Assembly (NCBI GenBank): GCA_951406725.2 | Contig: OX597817.1 | Span: 92,752,001 to 92,816,000 of the forward strand | DNA from: Octopus vulgaris | Lineage: Eukaryota | Length of the DNA stretch: 64,000 nt | Reading direction: 5' to 3' | In this document: one piece after another, positions 52,050 to 64,000 of the stretch | Layout of the letters: each line of letters begins with the position of its first letter | Position numbering within the stretch: the first letter of the stretch is position 1 | The notes under the pieces: model-generated | The model's input: only the letters and a program-made list of their open reading frames with translations | What the model was told of the DNA's origin: nothing | Databases searched by the model: none | Program-made: the position numbers and the translations under genes

Positions 52050-52240
52050 AAGGAGCTTAGCTATGTGTCCGCCATTATCACCGATAAAAGCTAATATATA
52101 CTTTGAGAATTTGGCTTTAGGATCAACACTACTAAAACCAACACTATGGCTGCGATATGTTGATGACACTTCTATACTCTGGCCCCACCAGGAAGATGTC
52201 CAAGTGCTGTTAGATCATGTGAACTCTTCAGGTTATCCAT
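52050..52240 (+). pseudogene. Penelope/Poseidon RT fragment (second copy at 53535-53870)
   Basis: LAM..PLSP..ANIY...WLRYVDDT. Confidence 0.75.
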
Positions 52241-52390
52241 AAAATTGTAAGTGTTTTGTTGGTCAATGAGTGTGAAAATTGTTCGCCAGTCCTTTGTAAT
52301 CCTCTCAGTGGCAGTAACTAATGTATCAGGCACTTTGTATTTATGTATGCGTGTACATATGTATGTAAGTATGTATGTATATATGTATGT

Positions 52391-53276
52391 TATTGCTCAG
52401 AACTCTTGCCAATAGAGAAAGATCCGGTTTCTAACCTAGATCCAAGGCTCCTTCATTGGAATTTCAACATCAAACACAGGGTATTTTTGTATGTATGTAT
52501 GTATGTATGTATGTATGTATGTATGTATGCATGCATGTATGTATGTATGTATGTATGCATGTATGTATGTATGTATGTATGTATGTATGTATGTATGTAT
52601 GTATGTATGTATGTAGGTATGTATGTATGCATGTATATATATGTGCAGATTTGTATGTTTTGTCTTATGTACACATTCTCAAGCATATAGTTGCATATCT
52701 AGACATGCTCATATATATTTAAATGATAAACTTCTGGAAATTTTTGCAGATTTTAAGAGTTCTAGTGATGGATTGGGACAGTAGTCTTCGAATTAGCTTT
52801 CTCCTTTCTGGTTTTGAGAAGCCTAATTTTCTCAAGACTGGTATTTAGGCAATGTTTTACATAGCCCAGAGCCCCAATGATTACAGGTATAAACCTGAAC
52901 TTGTAATCTGGATAGAGTAACTGCAGATTTCTCAATAATTCAGTGTAGGTATTCTCTTTTTTACTGATCTTCAGCTTTATGCTAACATCCGCTGGGCAGC
53001 TAATTTCTCCAACTCAACACAGTTTCTCTATCCCAAATCATTATATCAGGTGTGTTGTGCTTACAGTTCTATTGACTTCTTCACTGGGAGGTTCCACCAT
53101 TACTCCTATTTAATATGATTGGCTATGGCTTCTACCATATTGTGGGTTCTTATTTGTTTGTCCTCAGAGTTATCATTCTGACCGGTTTTAATATAGAGCG
53201 TCCTAGCTACAACATCATGTCTCATCGGTAGATAATACTGTGATGAAATTTTAGGACAACTGCTTATGATGTGGCT
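52391..53276 (-). mobile_element. Second R4/Dong-like RLE LINE 3' fragment
   Basis: Homologous to 6500-7372, including the 3' UTR (CATA)n. Adjacent to (TATG)n. Confidence 0.75.
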
Positions 53277-53384
53277 GAAGATTGCTTTACATTTTAAAAC
53301 TGATGTAATATTTACATTGTTTAATAAAATAAAGCAGCATGAAAAGATTGTACTACGTTACCTTGGATATCCATGTTGCTTATT

Positions 53385-53453
<69 letters not shown>

Positions 53454-53899
53454 ATGTGCAAGTGTCTCTCTTTGTATCTGCGCGTGTATAAGTTTATATG
53501 TGTGTGTGTTTGTATCTAAGGATACATGCATGTAACTTGGCTTTAGGATCAGCACCACTAAAACCATCCCTATGGCTGCGATATGTTGATGACACCTTAA
53601 TACTCTGGACCCACTAAGATCAATCGAACTCAATAAAATCATCTAAAGAGTTCACATTGGGAAAGGAAAAAGACAATCAGCTGGAATTCCTGAACGTATT
53701 AATAACACGCACCAAGTATGGATCCAGGACATTCGTATAGCGCAAGCCAACCTTCATTGGACGATACCTCGACATCAATTACCACCATCCATACGGTATA
53801 AAGAGAGGAATTGCTCAGTGCCTAAAACATCGAGCAAAGAATACAAGTAGTGATCGTGATACACACCATGTCCTAAAATTCACACCATAATTGCCCATG

Positions 53900-54247
<348 letters not shown>

Positions 54248-55129
54248 CAATATATATTTATATATTGTAAATAAATGAATATGCATGGCTTAGTATTTAA
54301 AGTTATTGACCTATTGTCTCTTTGAGTACGGCCCATAATGGCTCTGGTCTGCTCTACTGCAACAAGTGCCAACCAAATGGCCGGCGCAACTCTCTTTCTA
54401 GATGTTATATCCAGAATGCTTTGCAGGGTCAGAGCAGAGAATGTGGAAGTCATTTTGTATATGATCGCCCACAATAGTTGGCTATCATGCGCATCCATGC
54501 CTTCGTGTGCCATACACAACTTAGCTTGTTATTTAGCCACACTTTTTGATACCAGCTGGTGTGCATATCAATTATCTTCTCTCTTCGAATTCCCTAGATT
54601 CTATGACTGTTCTGTTCTTCAAGGCCCAATTGGTAGCCAAGATCAAGGTGTTCGAATGTTTTCCCGGGATATACTGAAGAACGCATGCGCTACTTTTCAA
54701 AGCTTCTTGAAGCCGTAGTGGAAGTTGATGACTACTACTTTGAGTAAACTATTGTATCCCAGCCCTAATCTAGTTGATAGATTTATATATTTAAAATATT
54801 TTATGTTTGGATGGGATGTTGTTTTCGTTTCCTATTGCTCAAACGCTCAAATGTAACCTGAACACGCTGTGTGCATGTGTGGGGGGGAGTGAGTGCGTGT
54901 GTGTATGTATTTGTGTGTGTGCGTCTGTGTAATAAAAACATACTTACGCTGAAGTTCACTACAGCTGTTTCAAACGTGTTTTTGTTGAGGAACAAATCAA
55001 CTACATCATACAGAAATGAACGTTTTGCTGAGGTTAAGATTAAATTCAAAATTTATCATTTAGGATATTTTACACAAAATGTATAGAATGTATTTTGACT
55101 CTTCCATCTCGGTACAAGTTGAGATTATA

Positions 55130-55158
55130 CACACACGCACGCACATGTATATATGTAA

Positions 55159-55207
<49 letters not shown>

Positions 55208-55421
55208 CATACACACATACATAGCATATACATACGGACATACCTACGTACACGAATGGTCGATTTTAGTTTCTGTCTACCAAATAACCTGACAAGATTT
55301 TCTCGACCCGGAGCTAGAAAAGAAGACACTTGCACAGGCTGCAATCGCACAGTGGAATTGAAACTGGAACCAAGTTGTTGGCAAGCAATTTTTTTATTAT
55401 ACACAAACACACATACACACA

Positions 55422-55454
<33 letters not shown>

Positions 55455-55483
55455 GTATGTATATATATATACATATATGTATG

Positions 55484-55540
<57 letters not shown>

Positions 55541-56845
55541 GTATACATATGTATATACATATATATATATATATGTGTGTGTGTGTACATATATACATAC
55601 ACACATACACACACACATACACACATACATACAAATATACATACATATACACACATACACACACATACACACATATACACATATATACACACACATACAT
55701 ACACACATACATAAATACATACATAGATACATACATACACACACACGCACATACATATACATACATACATACACACACACATGCACACATATACGCAGGC
55801 ACACATACATACATACACACACACATACATACACACACATACATACACACACATATACACACATACACACACATACACCCATACATACATACACACACAT
55901 ACATACATACATACATACATACGCACATATACACACACACACACATACATACATACACACACATACATATACACACATACATGCACATACACATACACAC
56001 ATACACACATACAAACATACATATACATACGTACACACATAGATACACAGATACATACATACACACACATACATGTACATACATACATACATACACACAT
56101 ACACACATACACGCATGCACACGTACATACATACATACACACACACACATACATGCACACACACACTTACACACATACACACATATACATACATACATAC
56201 ATACACACATATAAACATATAAACACACATATAAGCCTCTACATTGTACACACACACACATATATACATACATTCACTCGCACGCACATACACACACACG
56301 CACACACACACACACAGTTACATATATATACTATACACGTACGCACACATACACACGTACAAACACACAAACTCACATACACACCGACAGATATACATAC
56401 ACAATATACACCTACACTCACACACAAATGAACCCACACATACATCTCTACACACACACGCACGTATACACGCACATACATACACACTCACACAAATGAA
56501 CCCACACATACATCTCTACACACACACGCACGTACAAGCACACACGCACACATACACTAAGTTACTCGCCACACACCCAAACTCTACGCATACACACACG
56601 AACACACACATGCACACACACATGCTACAAACAACACACACACACGATACATATACTTACACGCACACACATATACCCCTTTGTTTTCGACCTGGTTTTG
56701 ACCTTGCTGGACACAAAAAAGTGCCACTCCTTTATGACAGCTGGCCTGCCATGCCTGTTATTCACCATACATACACACACACACACGCACGCATAAACAC
56801 ACTTGTCATCCTTGCACACACACACACACGCGCACCCACACACAT
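55130..56845. repeat. Compound (TA)/(CA)/(TACA) microsatellite field
   Basis: Direct inspection. Source of many spurious HTY/VCM ORFs. Confidence 0.95.
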
Positions 56846-56964
56846 TCCTTGTCTTTGAAACTCTCTTGTTTTTTAAAAATCATGATTCGTCTACCTTTCA
56901 ACTTCTGTTCATTCAACATGTGATCTCTTGAGCACCACCAGCAAAACGGGATCTTTCCTTCTCC

Positions 56965-57003
56965 TTTGCTTCCGACGAAGAGCTCCGCTCGAAACGTTAA
57001 ACT
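56965..57003 (+). ncRNA. Hammerhead-like motif (CCGACGA variant) in a solo PLE 3' end before (TA)n
   Basis: TT-CCGACGA-AGAGCTCCGCTC-GAAAC-GTT-AAA, followed by TTCCTGAGCG as in the 48.4-kb copy. Confidence 0.55.
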
Positions 57004-57094
57004 CTCCTTCCTTTCTTTCCTGAGCGTCAAATAATACTTTAAGTGTTCCACGTCCTCGCGTTGGTGTTTTTTTTCTGTGTTTTCTTGTTTGGAT

Positions 57095-57156
<62 letters not shown>

Positions 57157-57594
57157 ACTAATGTAGGATAAAATTTCTTCGAAAACAACACATTTTATCA
57201 ACGGCCAGCACATCAAAAAGTAACTTTAAAGGTTAATTTTATAAATAACTTATAAAATAAGGGCAAAAGAAAAATTCTAATGCCAAGTATGCCGAAAAAA
57301 AGACAAAATTGTCAATAATCATTATAATTTATGCGTCTCGAAACAAGCCGATAGAAATTTCTAAAAAATCCGTTATTACCGTATTGGTCCCAATTTCGGG
57401 GTTAATTCATAAGAATTTTCCCCTCCTCAGTGATAAATACATAAGACATAAATGAAATATTTACCCATGGACAAGCAAGCAGTAAGTCCTGAGACAAATA
57501 TATCCAAAAGTACGCCAAATATGTCCAAAATAGAAAATCTTCGGCACATCTCGAGAAAAGTGTGATTCGAACTAGAAACTTTCACAGAGTGAAA

Positions 57595-58258
57595 GAAGAA
57601 ACCAAATTTCTTTACCCTCAAAGAAAAGAGAGAAATCAAAAGGAAATATAGGGAAGAAGAGAAAACGCAAACAGTTCAATAAGAAAGTCCCAATAGAAGA
57701 AGAAACAACAGTTCAACAAAACACAGCAAGAAATCTTCTGGCCATTCAGGTACTCCAAGCCCTACGGTTCTCCGAATAGAACCTGGACTGCTCCACTTGA
57801 AATACAGCTTTCCAATTATTGGTAAACGTACTTTTAAAAATACACTCTATTTACAAACAGCAGACAACTTTTGGTGGTAGGATACGTTTTCTCACAATGA
57901 GAAAAAAATTTCACTTCATGTGAACACTTGAAATACAGCTTTCCAATAAATGGTAAATGTTGTTGTAAAAACACACACTATTAAAAAGTGAACAACTTTT
58001 GGTTGAAGGATACGTCGCCAAACTGTACTTCTCACAATGAGAAACAATTTTCACTTAACGATAAAAATATTGATGAACTGCACGCAGACCAACATCCTGA
58101 ATCCAGTGAAGATTCCCTGTTTGTAAAAAATAAAGCCACAGACAACAACCCCCACTTGACCGATAGAATAAGTACTAGGCTTACAAAGAATAACTCCTGG
58201 CGTCGATTTGCTCGACTAAAGGCTGTGCACTAGCATAGCCACAATCAAATGACTGAAA
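57595..58258 (+). repeat. Inverted copy of 31646-32324
   Basis: See partner feature. Confidence 0.9.
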
Positions 58259-58289
58259 CAAGTAAAAGAGTAAAAGAGCCGAAACGGTG

Positions 58290-58640
58290 GAACATGCCCC
58301 AGCCTACCGGAAGGCACGGCTTCCCTTTTCAAACGATGAAATAGGATCACGATTAAAACCAATTTTACTTGTGCCTATGAGAACTTAATTTATGACGTAA
58401 CCTGCTTGGTTGTGGTTATCACTATATAGGACGGACGTGTATGACATTGAGACGGAGAACCATTGTACATAGAGGGCAGATCCCATTCCCGCAATACAAA
58501 CAGGTTCTTTTAAGTAAACATATAGAGAGATGTGCAGGTAACATCAAACCAAATTACACAGTTTCTTCCTTCTACCACTGAAAAGATACAATCTCTTTGC
58601 AATAATGTTTAAATAGGAAAATCTATTCATCTAAAAATAC
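58290..58640 (+). pseudogene. Degraded PLE GIY-YIG endonuclease
   Basis: NFTCAYENLIY..TC / GCGYHYIGRT...LRRR...HRGQI...YKQ..LSKHIERC. Confidence 0.65.
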
Positions 58641-59162
58641 AGAAGACGACTAAATATGCACGCATAACCAACTTTGATGCCTATATATATTTTAATTCAC
58701 GATTACATACCCATCACTGTACATATTTCTCCCCCACTACTCTAGATTTTGTATTTTTGTGTATATATATATATATTTCTACCCACTCGAAAGATGAATA
58801 ATTATATTCCCTGTCCACAATAATAACGATTACCAATTAGCTCCCCTTAGATTTTCCTACTTGTTGAATCATTCATTCATAAACTCCACATACAACATGG
58901 ACAAAACAATTTTCTTAAGAGAATACGTGTTTAAATAAATCTTAATGTCATGTTTGCGAAAGTGAAACGGGTCGACAAAAATATGAGATATGTTAAAAAT
59001 TATATTAAAACGATGTAGTGTGTGCATTTTCCACCTTTAATTTCTTTCATATATATATATATATATATATAAATAATAATAAATATTAGGGAATAAATCC
59101 AAATTTACAGGGAAAAAATCAGATTTAGGATTAAATCCAATTTTATAGTAAAATATTATATA

Positions 59163-59316
59163 ATATTAATTCGAGACAAAACCACTATTTTGCAAAACAA
59201 ACAAGGAAAGACTTAATCAATACATAAAAATTTTTATTTCTTTATATTAAAAAAATTTTTATGTATTGATTAAGTCTTTCCTTGTTTGTTTTGCAAAATA
59301 GTGGTTTTGTCTCGAA

Positions 59317-59323
<7 letters not shown>
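59163..59323. repeat. ~73-bp perfect inverted repeat between (TA)n tracts
   Basis: Arms 59163-59235 and 59251-59323. Confidence 0.9.
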
Positions 59324-59355
<32 letters not shown>

Positions 59356-59733
59356 CTTTTTATATATGTATGTATTTGTATGTGTATATGTGTGTGAGTG
59401 TATACATAAGCGTGTGTACTTAAGTGCATATGCATATATAGGTATCCGTGTATGGGGGTATCAGCATGAATATGTGACTTTAGTTATATACATATGTATG
59501 GGGTATAGCCGTGGGCGTGTAGATACGTCTGTATGGGTACACACACATACGCACACACACACATATATTGGGTTGGCAACTAAATTCTACAAAAATAATT
59601 CTAACAAACTTGACGGGAATATCTTCGGGCGTATTCCTTCGTAAAAATCCATGTATTTTAAGAGTGTTTAGGCAGAGTTGTTACTCTTCGGTGAAAGCCT
59701 CGAAATTGTGCGAGCCGACCTGGTTATCGAGGT

Positions 59734-60307
59734 TGTAGTGATGCTACTGTGTGTGTGAATATATCTTCTCTTGTACTTTCGGGGGAAAAAGAGGCAATCA
59801 CTAGCCGTTGCTTTAATAATCCAGAATTCTACCAGTCAGAAACAACAAGACGCAGACGTAAATAATATATATACTACTTTATTCTCTAATGTGGTAACAG
59901 TAACAATAAGTGGTTATCTGGTATCCCTTTGGTATAAATGTGTCGTGCTGAACCTTATCTCTGTAAAATAAGAAAGTGTTCAAATGCAAAACGACACTGG
60001 TCAAAGATGGCGGCGAACAATGGAGACGATGTTGGTCTGCAACAATTTGGTTAAAGGCCTTTTGGTAAGGTGCTGCTAGAATCTAGTTCTGACGGAGAAA
60101 AAATATACGTGACCGTCGCCTTCAGTCGCTGCTGTCTCAAGTCGCTGCTTGCTGGACGCTGGTGGTCAACGTCTTACGATCCCCTTGCCTCGGCTAACTG
60201 CTACGTAGGCAAAAGGGTTCTTCTTCCGGTGGTGAAAGCACCAAACCGCACGCGCGAAATACAAATGGACGGTGCGCGAGCGCGCGCCGTTGTATAGGAT
60301 CACTACA
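59734..60307 (-). mobile_element. LTR type 2 (574 bp)
   Basis: TGTAGTGAT...ATCACTACA termini and AATAAA, preceded on the minus strand by the PPT GGGGTGGAGCTC. Confidence 0.7.
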
Positions 60308-61835
60308 GAGCTCCACCCCAGTGCGTAAGCACGACACAAAATTCCCTGTAGTGACTATAAAACTCAAGGTGGACACCAGATAACCAAACAGCACACAATA
60401 TAATAAAATGGCAAAATTTATAACATACACAAGAAATTTACTAAAGGAAAAAGAGAAAAAATACTCAATGAGCAAAAATCAAGAGTGCATGCATGAAAGT
60501 GTATACGTCCCAAAGTATAAACCCTTCCGCTGAAAGGAGCGGAGGGAAAGCAAAACTCACAGTTAATGAACCTAGGCGAAATTAAAATCCAACTTCTCTA
60601 AAGGTGGTTGGTCCTGCGAAATAGCAGTTAAATCAATTGCTGCAGGAGAGGAAATGGAATCGACAGATAGATCGCTAGTAACACAAACGGCAAAAGTGCA
60701 AGCATGCTGGTGTGATGCGCGACACAGATAATTTTCTCTGTTAATTACGTGACCAACAGGGGTCTAACAGGGAGAAATTACGCCTATACATGGCGCAGCG
60801 CATGTGAACATCCGACATTCTATGAGTCGGGAAAAGAATTAAGCTAACGCAAACGTGTTGCAAAAAACAAGGCAATACACGTGCGAAGCAAAGGCGCAGG
60901 AAATGCAATAGAGCTTGCCATACCGAAAAAACAGCAATGAATATGCCAGTGGTTGAGTGATTATATGCCTCGTTCGTACAGGAACAAAAGTATGGCATGC
61001 TGGCGCGTTATAATGGACAAACAACCCTCTCTATGTATACGTGACCGACCTAGGGTCTATAGAAATGAGGTGTGTCCACAAAAGGCAAATTTAGCATGGA
61101 AAAAAAAACAAGCGAGAAAAGCATGTGTGACGTATGTATGTGAGAGATAGCATTTATGTGTGTGTACGTGTGTGCGACAAAAATACATGCAAGGTGAAAT
61201 GCGAGCAAAAAAATAAATACAGCGCATAGAAAAAATGTCTCTCAGAGCTATTCCAGACAAGAGTTAATTTACCAGTCTGTAATAGCCTGATGCACAATAG
61301 CAGTTCGTTCTGTAACAGAATGTTGAGATCACAAATGCAGATGCCGATTGGACACATATCGTGTAACGGTTGTGGCTTCAATGCTGTGACAGGTTAACTG
61401 GAACAGAAGAATCTCGTAGATAGACGGTGCTGTTAATCCTTGGTGTGCATATGCACAAACAGCGTGCACGCTAAAGTTCCGCGAGTTGCTATGTACATCT
61501 TGTGGAGGTCGACGGTGTTGAAAGGCGACGGTAGTGGTGGCGACTGTAGTGGACTTGAGACAACATCGTTCTTAGTGATGATGGCGACGAAGATAACGAC
61601 GACGTGAAGTAGAAAGACGACGATGGCGATGACGAAGGTGGAGAAAAGGCATCGTTGATATGATGGCGTTCGTCATCATGGCTGTAGAATAAGAAAGAGG
61701 CTCCTTCTACAACTGTTTGTGGTGGCCGGAAACAAATCGTCGAAAGATGATGACTGCGTAGAGTTAAATCGTGTTCCGACTTCGCAGAAAAACTGGATTT
61801 TTTTTGTTGTTAAGTGATCTCTGGTTTTAGACCAG

Positions 61836-61854
61836 AATCACGTCGGGGTCACCA
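61836..61854 (-). other. Primer-binding site complementary to the tRNA-Trp 3' end
   Basis: TGGTGACCCCGACGTGATT, 3 nt downstream of the LTR end. Confidence 0.85.
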
Positions 61855-61857
61855 ATT

Positions 61858-62274
61858 TGTAACGTGAAAGGATCTATTATCGAAGCACTGGAAGGGTGTC
61901 GAGATCCTTTCTAGTCACATATAAAATTCTTCCGGAAAACAATACAGACGAACTCAGGTTAAAAGGGTGAACAGACAGTAGTTTGGTTTATTGATTTCAG
62001 TGTAGTACGTTGTCTGGTGGGGGAAAGACAGCCTCTGATATACTGCTCCGTGTTGGTCGTTGAAGTTGGTTGAAGTTGGTTGCTGGTCGTGTGGTGGTCA
62101 GAGCCGAGAATTCGTGACCGATCGCAATGCTGTCTTAGCCGAAGAGAGATTTGAGGTTCGCGGGCTCGAGGGACGTTTTCCCGCACATGCGCATGGGGAA
62201 GACTTCCGGTGGCCACCCGGAAGTAGTCCCATTCTGCGCATGCGCGCCGAACCCTACACAGTAGCATCACTACA
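61858..62274 (-). mobile_element. LTR type 1 (417 bp), 3' LTR of the Gypsy element
   Basis: TGT...ACA termini, PPT GGAGGGGAGCCC immediately upstream, AATAAA inside. Confidence 0.85.
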
Positions 62275-62400
62275 GGGCTCCCCTCCGAGTGCGAAGTACG
62301 GCAACAAGAATCTTGTGGTGGTGCTGCAGAAAACAGAAGGCTTGCCGATCCCCCAGAAGACTTGGTACATGATATACAACAAGAAACATTTTAAAGAAAG

Positions 62401-64000
62401 TTAAATGTAGATTGTTTTTGAAAGTTTCTTGGGCCAATGCACTGTTCTGCCCGATTTTGTAACATACGGTGTGCTCGGGGCACCCGTTGACGGCGAGGGT
62501 GGTGTTGTAGGAGCCGGTGAAGGCAAAGGCGTCTGTGCAGGTGAAGGTGTTTGTGCAGGTGAAGGCGTTTGTGCAGGTGAAAGTGTTGTTAAAGGTGCAT
62601 AGGTGGGTGTGTCAAGGTTGTCATCAAAAGATGAAGACGTCTCAAAATGTGCCTGTTTTAAACGGTCCACGGAAACGGTCTCCGAACGACCATTTATCTC
62701 AATCGTGAAAACCTTTGGTGTGCGAGAAAGCACACGAAAAGGTCCTTTATAGGGAGAAACAAGTGGGCCCTTCACAGAATCGTCCCGAACAAAAACATGC
62801 GACCAGGTGTTCATATCCGGTGGAAGATGGGACGGTGGAGATTGCTTTCTGGGAACCATGGGCGGAAGGTTCGAAAAACATGCCCGCAGTCTGGTGACAT
62901 AGGTCGCCGGATCATGGGGCTGGGAAGTGTCTGGCACCAACATCGTACCAGGAAATGCCAGTGTGGTACCATACAGCAGCTCTGCAGCAGAAAACCCCAG
63001 GTCTGCCTTGACAGCAGTCCGACAGCCGAGAAGCACAATGGGCAGAAATTCGATCCAGGACTGTGGGTCTGAAGAGGCACGAAGAGCGGCCTTGAGCTGT
63101 CTATGGAACCGCTCAATCAATCCATTAGACGCTGGATGGTAGCTTGTGGTGTGGATATGGTGCATACCCAAAATTCGCGACAATTCGCGAAATAGCGAGG
63201 CCTCAAACTGTCGTCCACGATCAGTTGTCAATCGGGACGGGACTCCGAAGCGAGAAATCCAGTTTGAAACGAAAGCTCGCGCAACAGTCTCAGCAGAAAT
63301 GTCTGCTATCGGAATGGCTTCTGGCCAGCGGGAGAAGCGATCGACACAAGTTAATAGATAAGAGAACCCGCGACTCACAGGCCATGGTCCAACCAGATCG
63401 ATGTGGACATGGCGAAAACGGGCCTCCGTGGGGGGAAATTGTCCAAGCGGGGCACGAATGTGCCGTTGAATCTTGGATCGTTGACACTTGGAGCAGGTGC
63501 GTGTCCAAGAAGTAATTGTGCGACGCATATTCGGCCAGAAAAACCGAGCAGTGATTAGTTTGAGGGTGGCAGTGATGCCAGGATGTGATAAGGAGTGCAG
63601 TGCTTCAAACACTGAGCGTTGATGGTTCTCAGGCACCAGTGGCCTGGGAGATCCAGTGGAAGTATCACAAAGAATGGTGCCTTCGGCTGACGGAAGCGGA
63701 AGGCAGGAAAACTGGCAACAGGAGAACTTGGGAGAAGTTAAATCTAACGACGCCAAAGGTGGCTGCTCCTGCGATATGGCATCTAAGTCGATAGCAGCAG
63801 GAGACGAAAGGGCGCAAACTGGAAGGCGAGGGAGAGCGTCAGCAGGAACGTTCTCTTTTCCTGGTATGTGTCGAATGTTGCTAGTGAATTGAGAGATAAA
63901 ATCCAGGTGCCGAAAAGCACGGGGTGAGAGTTTGTCCGTTTTTGAAAACAGGGCAAACGTAAGGGGCTTGTGATCCGTATAGATCACAAAATCTCGCCCT
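62401..64000 (-). CDS. Gypsy/Ty3 Pol C-terminus (RNase H end plus integrase), continues past the window end
   Basis: TDHKPL, HHCC zinc finger (H..SHPG...C..CQ), DDE core (HIDLVG, TDRG, ERFH) and GPF motif. Uninterrupted for over 528 aa. Confidence 0.95.
   Translation of the reverse strand, partial: GRDFVIYTDHKPLTFALFSKTDKLSPRAFRHLDFISQFTSNIRHIPGKENVPADALPRLPVCALSSPAAIDLDAISQEQPPLASLDLTSPKFSCCQFSCLPLPSAEGTILCDTSTGSPRPLVPENHQRSVFEALHSLSHPGITATLKLITARFFWPNMRRTITSWTRTCSKCQRSKIQRHIRAPLGQFPPTEARFRHVHIDLVGPWPVSRGFSYLLTCVDRFSRWPEAIPIADISAETVARAFVSNWISRFGVPSRLTTDRGRQFEASLFRELSRILGMHHIHTTSYHPASNGLIERFHRQLKAALRASSDPQSWIEFLPIVLLGCRTAVKADLGFSAAELLYGTTLAFPGTMLVPDTSQPHDPATYVTRLRACFSNLPPMVPRKQSPPSHLPPDMNTWSHVFVRDDSVKGPLVSPYKGPFRVLSRTPKVFTIEINGRSETVSVDRLKQAHFETSSSFDDNLDTPTYAPLTTLSPAQTPSPAQTPSPAQTPLPSPAPTTPPSPSTGAPSTPYVTKSGRTVHWPKKLSKTIYI

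Noticed and set aside
55060-56858. Long ORFs of 200-370 aa rich in H/T/Y or V/C/M (also at 1.3, 6.0, 7.1, 36.8, 42.3 and 52.4 kb)
   Set aside because: They are translations of TA/CA/TACA microsatellites, not genes.
59566-59733. Possible mariner TIR (TATTGGGTTGGCAAC)
   Set aside because: No partner TIR or clear transposase is visible in the window.

Overview
AT-rich, microsatellite-dense animal DNA, most likely a coleoid cephalopod (Octopus-type tRNA-derived SINEs; this is inferred from memory of the repeat families). One host gene can be reconstructed: a 3-exon secreted protein of about 481 aa with a signal peptide and 12 tandem six-cysteine half-VWC/pacifastin-like modules (35688-44721, +). 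The rest is mostly transposons: Penelope-like elements with hammerhead ribozymes (HHR), R4/Dong-like RLE LINE fragments, Helitrons, a piggyBac derivative, SINEs and a Gypsy element with an odd two-LTR arrangement. The most unusual part is a 22-kb block (8.3-30.5 kb) holding two convergent, site-specific tandem arrays of Tx1-clade LINEs. In the first array, two full-length LINEs are stacked at one 14-bp target. That target lies between a TATA box and a hammerhead ribozyme inside a ~350-nt terminally redundant retrozyme-like element. In the second array, one autonomous-type LINE and three full-length ORF1-only (HAL1-like) non-autonomous elements are stacked head-to-tail at CCAGTCT junctions, with a fourth, truncated ORF1-only element nested inside one of them. 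All five share the same 3' terminal motif.
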